From Patescibacteria group bacterium (GTDB lineage: Bacteria > Patescibacteriota > Microgenomatia > UBA1400 > PJMF01): 64,000 nucleotides of DNA. The position numbers and the translations under genes are program-made. The notes under the pieces are model-generated. The model worked only from the letters and a program-made list of their open reading frames with translations. It was not told where the DNA came from and did no database searches. The first letter of the stretch is position 1. Each line of letters starts with the position of its first letter. The DNA lies in contig JBBDKV010000013.1 in NCBI GenBank assembly GCA_040879165.1, positions 71,967 to 135,966 on the forward strand, in the 5' to 3' direction. Shown here one piece after another: positions 59,787-64,000 of this stretch.

Positions 59787-60519
59787 CATGTTAATTCCTC
59801 CTGTTACCAGGGGCATGGACTATACCACCACCCTACATAATTACGTTTGTAGGGGACCGACGTGTTAGCCCTGAATCTATGTTCAGGACTCTGACCATTC
59901 GTTACATGGTCAAGTCTCTACGGGGTCAATATTCCCTTGTTTCTGAGGTGATTACGAACCACCCGAGCTAGTACTGTGCGTTTTTTGGAATAATTTAATC
60001 TTCCAAATTGATCAATCATTTGTGCGAGTTGCACAAAATCTTGAGGAGATTGAATATGTTCAGAAAAATCTAAAATTTGCAACATAAGTTTCGCCTGTTT
60101 TTGTTTCAATAACAAAAACGGAGAAACCGCCTGCAAAATATATCGAATTGATGGACGATCACCGATCGTAAACTCGATAATTCCATCATTTCGTTTCCTG
60201 ATATATCCAACACCTAAACGCTTACGAAGTTGTTCAAATAACACTGTCGCTGTTTCTTTTTGAAATAAAACAACTGAAGGAGCTATTTGAAAATCATATT
60301 TGTAGGTTACATTAGGCTTTAGGCGAACATAAATGCTGCCGTCAGCGTCTAAAAAACCAGCCAAATAAATTAACAACTCACGTTTTGTCATAGTACTAAC
60401 AGAAATACGACTTCCCTCGGGATTATCCTAACACATGACAGGTTAATAAATGTGATAGGACTTCCCCGATATGAGTCAGTTTTAGCTTCCCACATTACTG
60501 TGGGGCACCGCCATAGTTG
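59787..60519 (-). mobile_element. Group I-type intron in 23S rRNA (E. coli ~2593 region, the I-CreI-type site) carrying a LAGLIDADG homing endonuclease ORF.
   Basis: The exon sequence GGGTTCAGACCGT | CGTGAGACAGG is split by a 733-nt insert. The insert ends in G and follows a U. It contains a single-motif LAGLIDADG ORF. Confidence 0.8.
59918..60391 (-). CDS. LAGLIDADG homing endonuclease, single-motif and I-CreI-like.
   Basis: LIYLAGFLDADGSIYV motif; 157 aa; located inside the intron. Confidence 0.85.
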   Translation of the reverse strand: MTKRELLIYLAGFLDADGSIYVRLKPNVTYKYDFQIAPSVVLFQKETATVLFEQLRKRLGVGYIRKRNDGIIEFTIGDRPSIRYILQAVSPFLLLKQKQAKLMLQILDFSEHIQSPQDFVQLAQMIDQFGRLNYSKKRTVLARVVRNHLRNKGILTP

Positions 60520-60565
60520 ACGGTCTGAACCCAGCTCGCGTACCGCTTTAATTGGCGAACAGACA

Positions 60566-60599
<34 letters not shown>

Positions 60600-60603
60600 T
60601 GCA

Positions 60604-61490
60604 CATAAATCCTGTATTTCTACAAGTGTAGACTATATCTTCACCCCTCATTTCAATGCGAGGGGGTCTGGCGTATTATAGAAGGTTAGATTTATCCACT
60701 TAAAAGTGGATAGGCCTTTCTATCTCGTTATAAAAACTCAGTCGTTACGGGGTCAAAGAAAGTTTGTACTGCATACAGCTGACAATATGTGGCGAAATTG
60801 TGGTCAAAAATCTATCTCTACTTCTCGCTGGTATATGCAAACGCGCATATTTTCCCGCAAAATGAATCGATGTTTCTATCCCATAATTTTGCAAAAGTAC
60901 ATATTGCAGTTGTTTATGCTCTAGTAGAGTAAATGAAGATGTGCAGAGATATGCGCCAGATTTATCTGTGCGCATATAGCCATCGTCCATATACCATACT
61001 GCTAAGGCTATGGGTGTTTTTAATAAAGATTGTATGTTGGAAGGAATAATTTTCTTTCCATCTACATAAAACAATGATCTGTAGTGGTCGAATAGAGAAA
61101 GACTGAGTGTGGCAAAACGCCAACGCTTCGTCATCTTCTGATCTCGTCCACTATGTAGCATTGCTTTAGGAGGTCTTCCGACAAAAGGCTTTAAAACGCT
61201 GGTACAGCCAGGTTACATATTCCTTTTGTCTATCTGTTTGTTCAATTTTTAATCGAACATTAAGACCATTCTTTTCTAAACAACCATCACCTAAAATTTT
61301 TTCAACAAGTATTTGTTCTTGTTGAAAGGACAAACTTTCTCGACTTCCCACGGTATTCCCATTTATATCCATATCTCCAAAGTATCATAAATACCCGAAG
61401 AAAAGAAGAAGATATATGAAGGGTTCACCGTTATAAGCCAGATGTTTTCTCAGGAATTACTTCCTGAGTGACCCAAACCCTTAATGGGTT
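60604..61490 (-). mobile_element. Second group I-type intron in 23S rRNA, in the peptidyl-transferase-centre region (after ...GATGTCGGCT, E. coli ~2500-2512). It carries a frameshifted double-motif LAGLIDADG gene.
   Basis: Exons ACCTCGATGTCGGCT | CATCGCATCCTGG are separated by 887 nt. The intron ends in G. Confidence 0.75.
60745..61372 (-). pseudogene. LAGLIDADG homing endonuclease split into two ORFs, 61166-61372 and 60745-61161, by a frameshift.
   Basis: The upstream ORF has ILGDGCLEKNG (motif 1). The downstream ORF, in a different frame, has LAVWYMDDGY (motif 2). Frames differ by +1. Confidence 0.6.
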
Positions 61491-62063
61491 AAGCCGACAT
61501 CGAGGTAGCAAACCGCGCCGACGCTAGGGACGCTTAGGCGCGATAACTCTGTTATCCCCAAGGTAGCTTTTATCCGATAAGCCCGGTGTCTTCCACAAAA
61601 CACACGAGGATCACTATAACCTGCTTTCGCACCTGCTCGGCTTGTATGCCTCACAGTCAAGCACCCGTATGCTATTGCACGTCCAGCCTGATTTCCATCC
61701 AGGCTAAGGGTACCATTGCGCGCTTGCGTTACCTTTTAGCAAGCAACCTCCCCAGTTAAACTACCCACCAAACAGTGTCTCCTCTGAAGTTTGCATTCAG
61801 ATTGGGTGAGCTATTGTACACAAAACGAGTGGTATTTCACTGATGTCCCTCACATAATGTGAGGGACTCCCACCTATACTAAACAATTCCATATACAACA
61901 ACAGTGTCAAGTTGTAGTAAAGCTCTATGGGGTCTTTTTGTCCTGCCGTCAGTAGGCCGCATCTTCACAGCCATTTCAATTTCGCCGAGTAGTAGTTCAA
62001 GACAGTGTGAGACTGGTTAAACCTTTCGTGCGGGTCGCCAATTAAGCGACAAGGAACTTCGCT

Positions 62064-63148
62064 CATTAATACATTTTTACATGTATCTTGTTACTATCCC
62101 ATTAAATGGGACGATGTAGACATTTCTGCTACATTCTCTACGTCGCCGTAGAGGTCGGACTATCTCTTATCACCAGTGTGGTGATCCTAGCGTATAGTCT
62201 CTGAGGATTCTTGAAACACGTCTTGAAAACAATATTTTCTTGTTCTTCCTTTTCCCACATTTATTTTCTCACGCAGTACTAATAATTCTCTCAAACCATC
62301 TTGAGAAAGATGTTTTTTAAGAACCATTATTTTCACTGCTGATTTGAATAAATTAAAATTAGTTTTCTTTCGTTTAGAAAAGAAACTAAATTTTTGAAAA
62401 AATGGAACAATATTTCTTGATAAATCAATTGGACTGGTCACATCATACGAATAGAGACCATCTCTTCTTCTTTTCAGAATACCGCATTTGAATATTTGGA
62501 GTAGTAAAAGAAGCATTGTTTTTTCTTTTTGAGAAACATTAAAACTAAGTACGGGTTGCCACCCAACACTATAGTCTTTCTTTTTTCTCAAAGAGATATT
62601 AAAACTTCCTTCGCCATCAACAAATCCTGCGATATATCCCCCAAGTTGCTGAGAAATTGATATATCATTTGCTTCAACCGTGTAGTCAAGTCTTTCCTGC
62701 TGGTTTTCTGCTAATAGAACATTTTTAGTGCTACTCATAATGATGGCATTCTTACTATATAGTAAGAATCTTACATAAAGCGTAGCGACTAGCTCTACTT
62801 CTTCAGCCCTTGAATTCCTTTTTCTGGGCACAGATTTTCCAGCATATAGCTAGGTTTTACTATGGCAACGATTTTGTTTTACCATAGAACAGTTCACTTT
62901 TGTTACTATTCCGCTAAAGCGGAACGCTCTGCACATTTCTGACAGAGTCTGCATGTCTCCATGCAGGTCGGACTATATCATCTTTTCTTTGAATAAAAGA
63001 AAAGGTTAGCGTATAGTCTCTGAGGATTTCCCGCTAAGCGGGATCTTTCCTGCTGATTGTCTCTATTCAATTGATTTTCACTGCAATTTTACAATTACGA
63101 GTACAATTGACCTCACGAGATGTTCCAGCATTTGGCTAACTTTTATAA
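62064..63148 (-). mobile_element. Intervening sequence in the 23S helix-69/71 region (between E. coli U1917 and A1932). It contains two homologous group I-type catalytic cores and one LAGLIDADG ORF.
   Basis: The 5' exon ends GTAACTAT (U1917) and is paired by an intron IGS GUAGUUAU. The 3' exon resumes AGCGAAGTTCCTTGTCG. Two P7-like GACTA...TAGTC core copies lie at 62152-62215 and 62966-63030, with homologous P9 regions. Confidence 0.7.
62187..62738 (-). CDS. LAGLIDADG homing endonuclease.
   Basis: YIAGFVDGEGSF motif. The start was set at MSSTKNV; the ORF track begins at 62831. Confidence 0.8.
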   Translation of the reverse strand: MSSTKNVLLAENQQERLDYTVEANDISISQQLGGYIAGFVDGEGSFNISLRKKKDYSVGWQPVLSFNVSQKEKTMLLLLLQIFKCGILKRRRDGLYSYDVTSPIDLSRNIVPFFQKFSFFSKRKKTNFNLFKSAVKIMVLKKHLSQDGLRELLVLREKINVGKGRTRKYCFQDVFQESSETIR

Positions 63149-64000
63149 CTACAATGTTTCATAGTTACTGCTGCCGTTCACCGGGGCTTCGATTGTAAGC
63201 TTATCTCGCCGAAGCGAGAAAAACCCACGCACTTAACCTTCCGGCACTGGGCAGGCTTCAGCCCGTATACGGCCTCTTACGAGTTTGCACGGACCTGTGT
63301 TTTTGGTAAACAGTCCATCTCACAACTTTAGCTGCGTCCCTACACCATCCCTCACCAAAATGGTGAGGGGGGTGAGGGAAGGGCATCTCTCGAAATTACG
63401 CCCAGCTGTTTTGCCGAATTCCTTAAACTACTTTCTCTCGCTCTCCTTAGTCTACTCGACCAGACCACCTGTGTCGGTTATCGGTACGATTTGATATGAG
63501 TTTCCTTGCGAAGCTTTTCCAGGATGCTGAAATCACGCACATCTCTCTTGCCCGAAGGCTCAAAAGACCCATCACACTTCAAATAAACGCTTGTCCGGAT
63601 TTGCCTAGACAAACTGTTTTAGTGCTTAGAGACAACATTCACTGCTGCCCATACGCTATCCTGCACCGTCCCTCCCCAAGTCAAACAACTCATACCAAGG
63701 ACTGGAATATTAACCAGTAATCCATCGGCTACCCCGCCACTATAGCGGGCTCACCTTAGGGTCGCCTAACCCGCACACGACGAACGTGGGTGCGGAAACC
63801 TTGGTCATTCGGAGTTGAGGATTCTCACCTCAATTTCGTTACTCATGCCGGCATTCTCACTTCTGATCGCTCCAGCGGCTCCTCACGGGCCACCTTCAAT
63901 GCACACAGAACGCTCCCTTACCACTCCCTTGTCAAAAGACAAAGAAATCCTAAGCTTCGGTTGAATGTTTAAGCCTCGTTGAATTTTCGGCGCATATACC

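Noticed and set aside
62700-62960. A search for the 23S micro-exon AACGGUCCUAAGGU between the two tandem intron cores.
   Set aside because: No match or near-match was found on either strand. It is recorded as an anomaly rather than annotated.
63285-63972. Three plus-strand ORFs (63285-63494, 63496-63720, 63790-63972).
   Set aside because: They lie inside the minus-strand 23S rRNA gene, a conserved 23S domain IV/III sequence, and are therefore spurious.

Overview
This window looks like a compact, gene-dense stretch of a small-genome bacterium, probably a Candidate Phyla Radiation / Patescibacteria lineage, with most genes on the minus strand.

The core is housekeeping:
- nusA and the start of infB;
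- an hrcA-grpE-dnaK heat-shock operon with a degenerate CIRCE-like operator, plus a separate dnaJ-like J-domain gene;
- groES-groEL, ftsH, trpS, gltX, lepA, rpsT, smpB, cmk and yidC;
- a fused tsaC-tsaE next to tsaD;
- an nrdR plus monomeric class II ribonucleotide reductase operon with a perfect NrdR box;
- purF and a xerC/D-type recombinase.

There is a large cell-envelope complement:
- a YfhO/GT2 glycosylation pair, a GT4, and secreted clan GH-A and GH18 hydrolases;
- two paralogous class A PBPs flanking the GH18 gene, and MurJ;
- a pilN-pilO-pilP-like cluster followed by a large anchored surface protein.

Around 23.0-24.2 kb there is a small accessory locus:
- two divergent tRNA-CAU genes, one with a C1:A72 initiator-type mismatch;
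- a 16-nt direct repeat of a tRNA 3' end, att-like;
- an orphan Phd/YefM-like antitoxin gene with palindromic putative operators.

The 3' end of the window holds a minus-strand rRNA operon: a 5S gene and at least the 3' two-thirds of a 23S gene. The 23S is interrupted by at least three group I-type introns carrying LAGLIDADG homing-endonuclease ORFs, one of them frameshifted. Two homologous intron cores sit in tandem at the E. coli 1917/1931 region, and I could not find the 14-nt micro-exon that should lie between them.

Other unusual items:
- an archaeal-type cytidylate-kinase-like gene clustered with a CPBP/Abi membrane protease and a protein with a possible HEPN-like Rx4H motif;
- an IF-2 that begins directly at the G domain;
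- a short tandem repeat between convergent genes.

No CRISPR array was seen. All calls rest on reading the sequence and translations by eye, without database searches.
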